Shown here piece by piece: positions 35,057-45,079 of a stretch of 64,000 nucleotides of DNA (positions within the stretch are counted from its first letter, which is position 1; the number at the start of each line of letters is the position of its first letter). The notes beneath the pieces are model-generated. The model was not told the origin of the DNA. It made no database searches and worked only from the letters and a program-made list of their open reading frames with translations. Source of the DNA: Deltaproteobacteria bacterium (GTDB lineage Bacteria > Myxococcota_A > UBA9160 > SMWR01). A program made the translations under genes and the position numbers. The stretch is taken from contig JAQBGU010000188.1 in NCBI GenBank assembly GCA_032128375.1, positions 96,001-160,000 on the forward strand, given 5' to 3'.

Positions 35057-36244
35057 TCAAGGCCAATCCGCCAGCGCTCTCGACGCGAACTCCGCGAAGA
35101 GGTCCGAGCCACGCTGGTTCCAGTGGCCATCCGTCGGCAACCAGAGTGCCTCGAAGGCGGATTCGGAGAGTCCCTCGAAGGCGCCACCTCCGTCGAGAAA
35201 ATCCCCTTCCAAGAGTTCGGCGAATCGCTCGGCATCTCCTGCCCAGGACGGATCTTCGATTCGGTTGGGTACCCGGACCACGAGCACCGGCAGAGCCAGC
35301 TCCTTCAATGCGATTCGCGTCCGTTCGATCAGTACGCGCTGCCCGGGATCGAAGGCGCGTGGACGCTCGGCCAATGCAGATCCACGCGAGCGAGTCGACA
35401 GCCCAGCCACGAGTCGTTGCGCACGACCCCACAGGAACAGGCGTGGCGCGCGGTGAACCTCTGGGAGCCAATCACCCGCCAACGCACGGTCGAGTTGGTC
35501 GGGCGTTACCACGTACCAGCGCAGGTACGGGTTTCCCGCGACGATGCCGTCTGGCGTATCGTCGAGATCATAATTCTGCGAGCGCCCCAGCAGCACTTGC
35601 TGGAGATTTCCCGTGTGCTTGCGAGGGCTGTCGTCCCACCAGGAAAAATGCCGGTCGAGGTCATCGCCCCAGACCGCGAAGATCACACCGTCGAGTTGGT
35701 AGCCTTGTGGTTGAACGAAGCGGGTCAGCACGCTCGCCCAGTTCAACAGGCCTGCACCGTCGAGCGAGAAATTGAGGAGTTCGAGCCTGCGGCCAGCCGC
35801 TCGGGCCAAATCCTCCGCTCGGTCCGGCCAGTTCGTGTCGAAGAATTGGGCGTGGCTGAACGAATCGCCGAACACGGCGAGGCGCACGATCGCGGGGTCG
35901 CTGCGTTTCGGATGAAAATCATCCCGATCGGGAAATCCCTGGTTGTTGCCGAAGTAGCTTCCACGAGTCTCGATCGAACCATCGCTGGCAATGCAGACGA
36001 TGCGCGCCGGTGTCGCAGACAGACGCGCCCCTCTCACGGGGTCGAAACGCAGGTTTCCAGCGGGGTCGGTTCGCTCGTGCATCCAGATCGGAACCGGTTC
36101 GAGGTAGCCGCGTACGTAGAGTGCGGTCGCGACGCTCTCGACTATCGCATAGGTCGCCACGACCGAAACAACCGCCAATATCGCTGTCCGCGCTCCCGCG
36201 CCCAGGTGAAAGCCAAAGCTGCGGGCCCACGAGACGAACTTCAC
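35057..36244 (-). CDS. Membrane-anchored SGNH/GDSL-like hydrolase or acyltransferase
   Basis: TM anchor, NNQGFPD, AVFGDSFS block I, DGHWN (DxH) block V; GTG overlaps upstream TGA (GTGA). Confidence 0.75.
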   Translation of the reverse strand: MKFVSWARSFGFHLGAGARTAILAVVSVVATYAIVESVATALYVRGYLEPVPIWMHERTDPAGNLRFDPVRGARLSATPARIVCIASDGSIETRGSYFGNNQGFPDRDDFHPKRSDPAIVRLAVFGDSFSHAQFFDTNWPDRAEDLARAAGRRLELLNFSLDGAGLLNWASVLTRFVQPQGYQLDGVIFAVWGDDLDRHFSWWDDSPRKHTGNLQQVLLGRSQNYDLDDTPDGIVAGNPYLRWYVVTPDQLDRALAGDWLPEVHRAPRLFLWGRAQRLVAGLSTRSRGSALAERPRAFDPGQRVLIERTRIALKELALPVLVVRVPNRIEDPSWAGDAERFAELLEGDFLDGGGAFEGLSESAFEALWLPTDGHWNQRGSDLFAEFASRALADWP

Positions 36245-37116
36245 AGCGCGAATGCGAGGACAGCTTCGCTGACCAATTCGGGCTGCTCCATCACCGCCAG
36301 GTGTCCTGCATCGAGATCGTGAACGTCGGCGTCCAACATGCGTGACGCGAGTTGTTCGTGTGCGATTCTCGGAAATTGTCCGCTGCTCGCCCACAGGATC
36401 CGCGTTGGCACGCTGACTCGCTCTGCGAGCGAATAGACGTCCAGGCCTCGGCTCGATTCGAACACTGTTGCTTCGATCACGCCCGGGCACTTGAGTTCCA
36501 CCTGCCCATCGGCCCGGTCGGCGATGCCTTCTTGGAGATACAGCTCGAGTGCGCGCGCATCCCACGCGGCGAACATCTCCTTGTCGACCCACTTCTGGCG
36601 AGCCGCGTCACGCGATGGCCACACCATCCGGCGCTTGCGCGCGCCTTCTGCGAGCGAGTTGCCGCGCAGCTGTCGCTCGGGATCTGCACTGGCCCATACG
36701 GGAGGCGGCACCACCGGATCGACCAACACGGTTCGGCCGAACAAGTCCGGACGCGCAGCAGCTGCCATCAGGATCGAGGTACCGCCGAACGAGTGCCCCA
36801 ATCCGAGCGCAACCTTCCCGTCGGGGCGTTCAGCCGCCAGTCGCTCCGCGACGCCAGTCACGTCATTGCCGAACTCCTCCCAGCGATAGAAATCCGCGCC
36901 TTTCGGTTTCGAAGAATCACCGTGTCCGCGCGCATCCATTGCGATCACCCGAAAGTGGCGACTGAGCGACTCTGCGACCAGCCCCCACACACCAGCGCAA
37001 AACCCGTTCGCATGCTGCAGCAAAGCGAGGGGTCCATCCCCGCCCCAATCGAGCAGTGCGATTTCGATCCCCGACTCGCGAAGTGCAATTTTTCGACGTT
37101 GGACCTGGCTCAGCAT
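36241..37116 (-). CDS. Alpha/beta hydrolase
   Basis: HANGF, DARGHGDS, GHSFGG, AGHLAVME. Confidence 0.88.
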   Translation of the reverse strand: MLSQVQRRKIALRESGIEIALLDWGGDGPLALLQHANGFCAGVWGLVAESLSRHFRVIAMDARGHGDSSKPKGADFYRWEEFGNDVTGVAERLAAERPDGKVALGLGHSFGGTSILMAAAARPDLFGRTVLVDPVVPPPVWASADPERQLRGNSLAEGARKRRMVWPSRDAARQKWVDKEMFAAWDARALELYLQEGIADRADGQVELKCPGVIEATVFESSRGLDVYSLAERVSVPTRILWASSGQFPRIAHEQLASRMLDADVHDLDAGHLAVMEQPELVSEAVLAFAL

Positions 37117-37254
37117 GAATTCGTGGGGGTGTCCGCGGCGGTTGAGGGTTATTGACCAGGGTTGGCGCAGCTGGTGGAATGCTCTGGAGAGCTTGGCTGG
37201 AATCGAATACTGACCCCGACTCGCAGCTCGCGCCACCCGGGTTATGCTGCGTCG

Positions 37255-37887
37255 ATGAACCGATCTGATATCACTCTCGACGACGCACTGCGAAAGCGGG
37301 CCGTCGCGAACCTGGCAGCTTTTGACCGGCAGATCGCCGAGAGCGCGGGGCTACGACCGGCCGCGGTAGCATTGACGCTGATCGCAGATGCCGAAGGCAC
37401 TCCCTGTTTCATCTTGACTCGGCGCGCCTCGAAGCTGAAAAATCACGGGGGACAATGGGCATTACCCGGCGGACGACTCGATCCGGGTGAGACCGCGGAA
37501 ATCGCGGCGCTTCGCGAACTCTCGGAGGAAGTCGGCCTCGACCTCCCAGCCAATTCAGTGCTCGGGCTACTCGACGACTATCCGACGCGGTCTGGCTTCG
37601 TGATCACACCCGTCGTCTGCTGGGCGGGCACGCAGCGCGCACTCGACCCCGACCCTGCCGAGGTGGCGGCTGTGTATCGCGTTCGGATGGATGAACTCGA
37701 CAGACCCGACGTTCCGCGCTTCCGCACGATTCCCGAAAGTCAAAGACCGGTGATTTCGATTCCATTGCTCGGAACGCATATCCACGCTCCCACCGCAGCC
37801 ATCCTGTACCAACTCAACGAGGTTGCCATACACGGCCGCGCGACCCGCGTCGCCGAGTTCGAGCAACCCGTATTCGCGTGGCGCTGA
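37255..37887 (+). CDS. CoA pyrophosphatase (NUDIX, NudL-like)
   Basis: LTRRASKLKNHGGQWALPGG (NuCoA motif) plus Nudix box AALRELSEEVGL. Confidence 0.88.
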   Translation: MNRSDITLDDALRKRAVANLAAFDRQIAESAGLRPAAVALTLIADAEGTPCFILTRRASKLKNHGGQWALPGGRLDPGETAEIAALRELSEEVGLDLPANSVLGLLDDYPTRSGFVITPVVCWAGTQRALDPDPAEVAAVYRVRMDELDRPDVPRFRTIPESQRPVISIPLLGTHIHAPTAAILYQLNEVAIHGRATRVAEFEQPVFAWR

Positions 37888-37897
37888 GCGCCGCCAG

Positions 37898-38369
37898 TTG
37901 AAATTCGAACGCATTCGAGATCGCGATCCAATCGAACGCCGCGATTCGGCTACCCACATCTATGATGCACTTGCGGACCTCGACCCCTTCTTCTGGCCCT
38001 GGTACGCGGCCATCGAACAAGAAGCGCTGTGTGCCATCTGCCTGGTGCAATCGCACCCGCGCACCACACCGCGAGCGTGGATCTCCTGCAGCACGTCCGC
38101 GAACGGCTCCCCGATTCCTTCTTCGCCAACCTCAGTCCGCAGCGGGTCGGTTATTCGAGGTCGACCATGCGCCCGGACCAGCGAAACCGGCCTCGGGCGA
38201 GCGATATCGGCAGCACTGCCACGAGCTTTCTGATCGAGTCGACTCGATTGGCTTGAATGTGATGGCGAGCAACTCCGCTGCAATTCGCTGCTACGAGAGC
38301 CTCGGCTTCAAACACGCGCGAGCTATTTCGAAGCAATCATTTCCCCGAAGCCCGGCGCGCGAATTGTAA
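37898..38369 (+). pseudogene. Frameshifted, internally deleted GNAT N-acetyltransferase remnant
   Basis: Protein-like pieces in three successive frames: LADLDPFFWP, LLQHVRERLPDSFFANLSP, then SIGLNVMASNSAAIRCYESLGF (GNAT C-terminal motif). Confidence 0.6.
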
Positions 38370-38514
38370 ACGCCGTGTAACAACCCACTGGCAAAGTCTT
38401 GCACTGGCTCGAATCAGCCAAATCAACTCGCACGACCCGCGACGGCGGCCGCCGCGAAGCGCTACGATTCCCACCGAGATGCGCGCGTACTCATCGCATC
38501 GTTCGAGGTCCAGC

Positions 38515-39078
38515 GTGATTCGACTCATTGCCCGAGTGTTTCTGCGTCTCACCGGATGGCAGGCCAGAGGAAGTCGACCCGCTTCGCGCAGGTATGTGCT
38601 GATGAGCGCGCCGCACACCAGCAATTGGGACCTCGCCTACATGCTGGCCATAGCCATCCGACTCGACGTGAAGATCTCGTTCATGGCCAAGAGCCAGCTG
38701 TTTGCCTGGCCGATGGGATTCTTCATGCGCAAGGCCGGGGGCATTCCGGTCTTACGCGATCGGCGGACGAACATGGTCGATCAGATGGCCGACCGACTCC
38801 TGACCACCCCGGACCTGGCGCTGGCGGTGCCTGCCGAGGGAACCCGTGGTTATGTCCCCCATTGGAAGTCCGGCTTCTATCACATCGCGCTGAAAGCCGG
38901 AGTCCCGATCGTATTCGGCTATCTGGACTACGCTCTCAAGCAGGGTGGCTTTGGACCGGAAATGATTCCCACTGGCAGCATCAGCGAAGACATGGACGTG
39001 ATCCGCGACTTCTACTCGGACATCCAGGGCAAGTACCCCGAGAACTTCGGCGAAATCCGTCTAAAGGAAGAGATGTAA
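38515..39078 (+). CDS. Lysophospholipid/1-acyl-sn-glycerol-3-phosphate acyltransferase family protein (ATG 38479 alternative start)
   Basis: APHTSNWD, PAEGTR, WKSGFYHIA motifs. Confidence 0.88.
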   Translation: MIRLIARVFLRLTGWQARGSRPASRRYVLMSAPHTSNWDLAYMLAIAIRLDVKISFMAKSQLFAWPMGFFMRKAGGIPVLRDRRTNMVDQMADRLLTTPDLALAVPAEGTRGYVPHWKSGFYHIALKAGVPIVFGYLDYALKQGGFGPEMIPTGSISEDMDVIRDFYSDIQGKYPENFGEIRLKEEM

Positions 39079-39169
39079 CCGGCAGTGACGAATTCGAAAA
39101 ATTCGCTCTGACTGCGAACTCGCTTCACACGATCTTCTGCTTCGTCACGCGACCCGTCACGACGAATTT

Positions 39170-39445
39170 CTAGATCCCCATATCACTCAGAGCATCCGCT
39201 ATGCGGCCGACAATCCCGGTGAGCTTCGGGTGCTTGCCCTCGAAGCTCTCGATCGCCTCATTCAGCCGATCGACGAGCGGTTGCGGGGAGTCGGACGGGG
39301 AAGCTTCGTCGCCAATCGCCTGTTGAATTTCACGAGCAGCGTCGCGCAGCCGCTCTCGCGCGCCGTCACCCAGGTCGTCCGAGGCCTCGAGAGCCTGGTG
39401 AAGTTCGTTGAGGATCTCGTTCAGAGAGGTTTGGGGATCCGGCAT
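39170..39445 (-). CDS. Small helical protein, DUF4404-like
   Basis: L..AIESFEGKHPKL...GRIADALSDMGI C-terminal signature. Confidence 0.75.
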   Translation of the reverse strand: MPDPQTSLNEILNELHQALEASDDLGDGARERLRDAAREIQQAIGDEASPSDSPQPLVDRLNEAIESFEGKHPKLTGIVGRIADALSDMGI

Positions 39446-39490
39446 GAGTGGCCCTTCGTTCGTCGTGGAGAGGACAGTCTCCAGCGACTC

Positions 39491-39600
39491 AAACTACAAC
39501 AACACGACTACTACAACCACTACAAACCACTACAACTACTATTACAACTACGATTACAACTACGATTACGACAAGTACAACCAGTACAACAACTACTACA
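39491..39600. repeat. Degenerate NAC (TAC/AAC/GAC/CAC) microsatellite including tandem ATTACAACTACG x2
   Basis: 110 bp containing only 6 G on the + strand in a GC-rich genome; abuts the ychF stop codon. Confidence 0.9.
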
Positions 39601-40630
39601 CGTTAAAGCGAAAATGAACGACGTCGCCGTCTTGCACAATGTAGTCCTTGCCCTCGACTCGGGCTAAACCCGCTTCGCGGCACTTCGCCTCGCTGCCCTG
39701 TTCGATCAGATCTTGCCAGTTGATGATTTCGGCGCGAATGAAGCCGCGCTCGATATCGGAGTGGATCTTTCCCGCTGCGCGCACCGCTCTCGAGCCTCGT
39801 GCCACCGGCCACGCGCGGCATTCATCGGGCCCCGCAGTGAGCATCGAGACCAGGTCGATCAACGCGTACGCGGCGCGAATGAAGCGACCACGGGCCGGTT
39901 CCGCCAAGCCCAGCGACTCCGCGAATTCTGCCTGCTCCTCGTCGGACATGGCGGCGACATCCATTTCGACCTGCGCAGACAGCACGACCACACCCAGATT
40001 GCGCAGCGCGGCAGAAGTCTCGATGTCCTTTGGGAGCTCTCCGCCGATATCGTCCTCACTAACGTTGATCACCAACAGCAGCGGCTTGAGCGACAGCAGC
40101 GCGTAGCCGGCGATCATCTTGGCTTCTTCTTCGCTGAGTTCGAACGAACGCAGCGGCCGCTCCTGTTCCAAGTGGCTAGTGATCCGCTGCAGCAGATCGA
40201 GTTCGCGAGGATTGCTGCGGTCGCGAGCGAGCCGATCGACCCTCTTTTCGATGAGGTCGAGATCCGCCAGGATCGTCTCGACTTCCAAGTCGGTGATCTC
40301 GACGACGGGATGCGGTGCTTCACCGGTGGCGTCCGGAAACGCGCGCACCACCTGACAAAGTGCGTCCACTTCGCGCATTGCATTGAGAACCTTGCGGTCC
40401 AGCCCCTCGCCGCCGCCCCCAAGGTCGGTGAATGTGATCTCGGCGTATGTGGTTTTTTTCGGCGAGTAGAGCTCCGCGAGCGCGTCCACGCGGGGGTCGG
40501 GCACCTTGACCACGCCCAGGTTGACCTTGTCGCGCGGGGCCGCGTAGCCAGTTTCGACGGCGATCCCAGTCAGGGCGCCGAAAACTGTGCTCTTGCCCGC
40601 TCCGGGGAATCCAACCAATCCAATCTTCAT
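39596..40630 (-). CDS. ychF: YchF/Obg-family ATPase (non-canonical G motifs)
   Basis: [10 protein letters not shown]-loop, [45 protein letters not shown]-terminus. Confidence 0.85.
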   Translation of the reverse strand: MKIGLVGFPGAGKSTVFGALTGIAVETGYAAPRDKVNLGVVKVPDPRVDALAELYSPKKTTYAEITFTDLGGGGEGLDRKVLNAMREVDALCQVVRAFPDATGEAPHPVVEITDLEVETILADLDLIEKRVDRLARDRSNPRELDLLQRITSHLEQERPLRSFELSEEEAKMIAGYALLSLKPLLLVINVSEDDIGGELPKDIETSAALRNLGVVVLSAQVEMDVAAMSDEEQAEFAESLGLAEPARGRFIRAAYALIDLVSMLTAGPDECRAWPVARGSRAVRAAGKIHSDIERGFIRAEIINWQDLIEQGSEAKCREAGLARVEGKDYIVQDGDVVHFRFNV

Positions 40631-40673
40631 GGGACGCGGACCCTACAACAGCGCGGTCCAGCGAGTCGAGCCG

Positions 40674-42014
40674 TCAATCGAGATATCCCAACTTGCGCAG
40701 CGATTCGGCCAGCTCGGGATCGAGGTTTTCCGGCTCAACCCCGGGACGCCGATCGAAGTAAGCCGGGAGCCCCCGGTGTGCGGCGAACGCGACACGAATG
40801 ACCTCGAGTTCGCGGGCCTGGTCGGGCCCCAGCGGGTCGAGCAGCAGATTTCGTTCTTCGAACGGATCAGCCTGGAGGTCGAAGAACTCCTCTCGCTTCG
40901 GCAGTTCCGTACACAGACCGACACAGTATTTGTCCCGAAAGCCGGGTGTCGCCTGCAGACCGGCCTGGACGGGTCCACGTGGTGTGACGATGTACTTGTA
41001 GCGGCTCGAAACCAACGCCAAACGCACCGCGCAACGGCCATCCGCTTCCGAGAACGAATAGGTGCTGGCAACCTTTCCGGCCGCAACGCCCAGCAGCGAG
41101 ACCCCCTGTCCCCGGTAGCCAGGGATATCGAGTCCAACGACAGCGGCCACGGTCGGAAACAGGTCGACGTGGCGCGCAATCGCATCCGCGGCCCCCGCGA
41201 GTTTCGAGCCGGGCAACTTGATCAACAGCGGGACCTTCAGGTTTTCCTCGTAGTGGCCAGCCCCGTGAATGCAGCATTTTCCGGCGGTGCGGATCATCTC
41301 GGAACCGTGATCTCCAGTCAGCACGATCAGCGAGTTGTCATATAATCCGCGCTCTTTCAACATCGAGATCACGTCACCGATGCGCCGATCGATGTAGGCA
41401 AGTGCTTCGGGGTCGTGCTGGCGCGCATCAGGTCGCGGATCGTGGAGATCGAACGTGTGCAAAAACAGAAAGAAGGGCGCATCCCCTCCCTGGTCGAGCC
41501 AGCCGCGCAGGTGCTCCAGTGTCTCGTCCAAATCGCTGTGGTCAGCATTCTTGGCTGACTCCTCGAACCTCCCGAAACCACGGCCCAACCCAAAACGCGC
41601 CGAGATCGGCCCCTGGCCGACGAATGCGACCGTCTCGTAACCGGCTGTGGCGAGTGTTTCGGGTAATGCGGGGTAATCCGCGACGAGTTCGGTCGCTCCC
41701 TCGCTCGCCAACATCAGCTGATACGGCAACGATCGACCGTGTTGGCTCGGGTACAAGCCGGTCAACATGCTGACATGGGATGGCGTCGTCCAGGGCGCGT
41801 GGGCATAGGCGCGAGAAAACGCGATCGAATCCTCCGCCAGTGCCGCGAATACGGGCGTGTTGCCTTCGCGAATACCCGTCGCGAACTGGCGCTGGTTCAA
41901 ACAATCGATGGAGATCAGCACTACGTGGGTGGCGTCGCGATTGCGCTCGCCGGCCAGGCACCCGACTGCGAGCCCGACGAAGATCAGCAGGACTGGCGCG
42001 AGGTACTTCTGCAT
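40674..42014 (-). CDS. Sulfatase-like (alkaline phosphatase superfamily) lipoprotein
   Basis: Lipobox LAVGC, LISID, APWTTPSHVSMLTGLYP, FLFLHTFDLH, TGDHG, LRKLGYL C-terminus. Confidence 0.85.
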   Translation of the reverse strand: MQKYLAPVLLIFVGLAVGCLAGERNRDATHVVLISIDCLNQRQFATGIREGNTPVFAALAEDSIAFSRAYAHAPWTTPSHVSMLTGLYPSQHGRSLPYQLMLASEGATELVADYPALPETLATAGYETVAFVGQGPISARFGLGRGFGRFEESAKNADHSDLDETLEHLRGWLDQGGDAPFFLFLHTFDLHDPRPDARQHDPEALAYIDRRIGDVISMLKERGLYDNSLIVLTGDHGSEMIRTAGKCCIHGAGHYEENLKVPLLIKLPGSKLAGAADAIARHVDLFPTVAAVVGLDIPGYRGQGVSLLGVAAGKVASTYSFSEADGRCAVRLALVSSRYKYIVTPRGPVQAGLQATPGFRDKYCVGLCTELPKREEFFDLQADPFEERNLLLDPLGPDQARELEVIRVAFAAHRGLPAYFDRRPGVEPENLDPELAESLRKLGYLD

Positions 42015-42187
42015 GACAGCGACGCTAGCCCGTTGCAGAACTCATGTGCATCTCTCAGCTCGCGAGCATCGCGGCACACAGCGACCTCTCGCGATGCCGC
42101 GGCAATGCCCCCGCGCAAGGGCGAATTCTGAGAATTCTTCACCGTCGTCGCTTGCACGCTAGAGCTGGCGCTCTACCGCGCAGACTC

Positions 42188-45079
42188 CTAGTACGGCGAA
42201 TGCGAATATTCGAGTTCGGCGGGTGTTCCGCTGGCGGACGTTACAATGAACCGGATCGCGGACGGATCGTGATCCGGCAGCTCCAGCTCGAAACGCGAGC
42301 GCGCCGGATCGATTGGGACGGCGAAAGCGAACTGCCCATCGGCGAAGACCAGCACGGCGGCGGGTGGACGCGGATGTTCGCTCACCCATCCCGACAATTT
42401 CATCGGTTCATCTTCACTGGCCTCGACACGGCCTTCGATACCCTGCGGATCGAGCGGAACCCAGCGTTCTCCGATCGCGAGCCCATCGTGCCCACCGCGT
42501 CTCACCAGTTCCACCCTTCCCGTGGGGCCCAGCCACATGGGTTCGATAGCGCGGGTTTGATCAGAGCGGAGATCGGCACTTCGATACCGGATCGGGCTGG
42601 CAGCGTCGCGAGCGACGCCGACAAACTGCACGTGCGCCGACGTGTCGCCGCCGAGTTTTCCGTATGGAATCGCGAAGCGAAAGCGACGGTACTTCGGCGA
42701 AAGAAAAGACGACTCGTCAGAACCATCGATCGGCGCTCCTGCATCGAGTTCGGCCAGCGCGAGCGGCTGGACATGGAGGAGCCGCCCCCCCGCGAAGACC
42801 AGCAGCAATTCGGCGGGGCGATCGCGCCGAACGTCGACCGCCTCTCCTTCGAAGTAGGCACCGCTGGGTGTCACCTGCCCAACAACCGCGCTCGGCACGA
42901 GTGGATAGATGCGGCCGTCTGACGACCCGATCGCGCCGATTTTGCCCCCCGCGCCAGCAACGCCAAAGTAACTGACAGACGGTCGACGCTGCGTGGGCTC
43001 GAGTGCGATCCGGCCCGCGCGATCGCGAATCACGAAGATCTCGACGACGTTCGCCCCGGCACGAAATGCATCCGGAGGCACCATCGCAGTGAAGCGCGGG
43101 TGATCTGCTGCATCGCCATAGGTACGGGTCGTGGCGCGAATGACTCCGTTGATGGCGACCGCCAGCTCGCGCTGCCCGAGCTCGGCGGCGGAGAGAAGTT
43201 CTCCCGTCACGTGAGCCGGTAGGAAGGGGGAATCCGGATGGACATCTTCGTAGGCCGATGCGTCGATCAATCGCAGTTCGAAGACGTTCTCGTCGAGCAT
43301 CACAAGCGAACTCGTAGGCCGGCCATGTAGTTCGGGACGTCGACCCATCGCGAACAGATCGGCGGTCGCAGAAATCTCCAAGCGACGCCGGACCGGCTCT
43401 CCCAGTGGCAGGGTGGCCGCAAGCCGCATCGCCGAGCGAGTCGCTCCATCGCTTACGTAGACGATCTTGTCGGCGCCATTCGCGGACGACTCGGGTTGCG
43501 CGAGCGCGCTGACACCGTCCACCGGTTCGGAGAGCTGACCGCCCAGTGCGTCCACAATCGTCGGCAAGATGTCGATCGTCTGTACGTTTCGGTCGCTGCG
43601 AACCGCTGCGGTCTGACCCGGCAGTTTGACGAACAGCGGAACCCTCAAGATATCGCCGGCGTTGCGCAGTGGGTGCTTTCGGTCGATCTGCCGCATCCCG
43701 CCGCCCACCCGAAAACTGATCCCGTGATCCGCAGTGACCACCACCAACGCCTCGTCGAAGGCGCCTACCTGCTCGAGCCTCTGGACCAGGCGGCCGAGCA
43801 GTTTGTCGGCGTAACGCAGCTGAAGCAGGTGTCGCTGGAGAGCCTGCGCGACCTCCCACTCGTCATCTTGCCAGACTTCCTTTCTGGCACCGTGCGCGAC
43901 ACCGAACGGACCGATGGGACCGTACTCGGTACCCGATGGAAGGTAGCGATACGGGCGATGCGGGAGATTGATGTGGATGAAGTGTAGTGCCGGCTTCTCT
44001 GCCACACCAGACGACACAGGGTCGACGATGCGCTCGAGGAAGCGATCGAAGATCCAACTCGAATCGGCCCTTCGGCCGCGAATCCGGTCGTCAGGGTCTT
44101 CGCGCGCGAAATTCTTCCATGTGGTGGTGACGTCGGGTAGTGATTCCGAAGCATTGTCTGGCAATAGGCGATTCAAGTAGAGCACTACCAGATCCGAGGC
44201 GAGCGACTCGAGTCGCGCGCCTCGCGACCTGCCGCGGCCGCATAACGCTCGCGGACACAGCCTGGTGAACGGTTCGATGACGTTGAGTGAACGACTGGTC
44301 GACAATACGGTGAACAGATTTTGAGGATACTCGTCCGCGATCGCTGCCCGGATCTGATCCGGATACTTTCCGGTCAAGATGGCAGGCAGTGCGTAGGTTG
44401 TCCGCTCGGCTACACTCGTTGCGTTGTAATACCAGTGGGAACGCGCAGCCAACTCCGCGAAGTGCGGATGTCGCGCAGCGTCGATCGCGCCGTCATCGCC
44501 GAGCAGCGAATTCAGCGGCAACGCGTCGAAGACCACAACGACGACGGGCGCGTCGCTTTGAACCTGCGCCGATCGAGCAGCGATCGAAAGCCAGCGACGA
44601 TCGTCTTCGCCGGCGATATTGGCCACATTCCACACGAATAGCGCCGGAAACAGCAGCAATGAGGGCGTGAGCAGCGTGACAAATGTGCGCACCACCGCGA
44701 CGCGCAGGTACGCTGTCGCGCTCGCGATTCCCAGCGCGGCCGCCGCGCCGAACTCCAGCGGCGCCCAGGTCCCGAAGGACTCGAAACCTGGGAGCGCGAT
44801 GGCGGCGATCAATCCAGCCACGAGGCACCCGATCAGCGCGCGCGATGCAAGACCGGGAGCCTTCGCGCCCATCCAGGCCACCAAGGCAAAGCCACCGGGG
44901 AGTCCCAACCCGACCCCGAGCGCGATCCACGCGATATCCGCGCTGTCGACCTGGTGGGCAACGAGAAATTCCGTGTAGCGGGCCAGCAACTCGAACAGCG
45001 GTTGTGACACCGCGAAGGCAGCCAAAGTTGCGACGTGCAACGCCGCCAACGCTGCCCCTTGGCTTGGACGCCGTGCCAT
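42188..45079 (-). CDS. Membrane-anchored sulfatase-like hydrolase/transferase with large C-terminal extension
   Basis: N-terminal TM bundle, VVFDAL, RTTYALPAILTG, HINLPHRPY, TADHG; ATG overlaps upstream TGA (TGATG). Confidence 0.8.
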   Translation of the reverse strand: MARRPSQGAALAALHVATLAAFAVSQPLFELLARYTEFLVAHQVDSADIAWIALGVGLGLPGGFALVAWMGAKAPGLASRALIGCLVAGLIAAIALPGFESFGTWAPLEFGAAAALGIASATAYLRVAVVRTFVTLLTPSLLLFPALFVWNVANIAGEDDRRWLSIAARSAQVQSDAPVVVVVFDALPLNSLLGDDGAIDAARHPHFAELAARSHWYYNATSVAERTTYALPAILTGKYPDQIRAAIADEYPQNLFTVLSTSRSLNVIEPFTRLCPRALCGRGRSRGARLESLASDLVVLYLNRLLPDNASESLPDVTTTWKNFAREDPDDRIRGRRADSSWIFDRFLERIVDPVSSGVAEKPALHFIHINLPHRPYRYLPSGTEYGPIGPFGVAHGARKEVWQDDEWEVAQALQRHLLQLRYADKLLGRLVQRLEQVGAFDEALVVVTADHGISFRVGGGMRQIDRKHPLRNAGDILRVPLFVKLPGQTAAVRSDRNVQTIDILPTIVDALGGQLSEPVDGVSALAQPESSANGADKIVYVSDGATRSAMRLAATLPLGEPVRRRLEISATADLFAMGRRPELHGRPTSSLVMLDENVFELRLIDASAYEDVHPDSPFLPAHVTGELLSAAELGQRELAVAINGVIRATTRTYGDAADHPRFTAMVPPDAFRAGANVVEIFVIRDRAGRIALEPTQRRPSVSYFGVAGAGGKIGAIGSSDGRIYPLVPSAVVGQVTPSGAYFEGEAVDVRRDRPAELLLVFAGGRLLHVQPLALAELDAGAPIDGSDESSFLSPKYRRFRFAIPYGKLGGDTSAHVQFVGVARDAASPIRYRSADLRSDQTRAIEPMWLGPTGRVELVRRGGHDGLAIGERWVPLDPQGIEGRVEASEDEPMKLSGWVSEHPRPPAAVLVFADGQFAFAVPIDPARSRFELELPDHDPSAIRFIVTSASGTPAELEYSHSPY

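Noticed and set aside
39491..39600. DGR template repeat or CRISPR array
   Set aside because: No reverse transcriptase, no matching variable repeat and no repeat-spacer periodicity seen in the window
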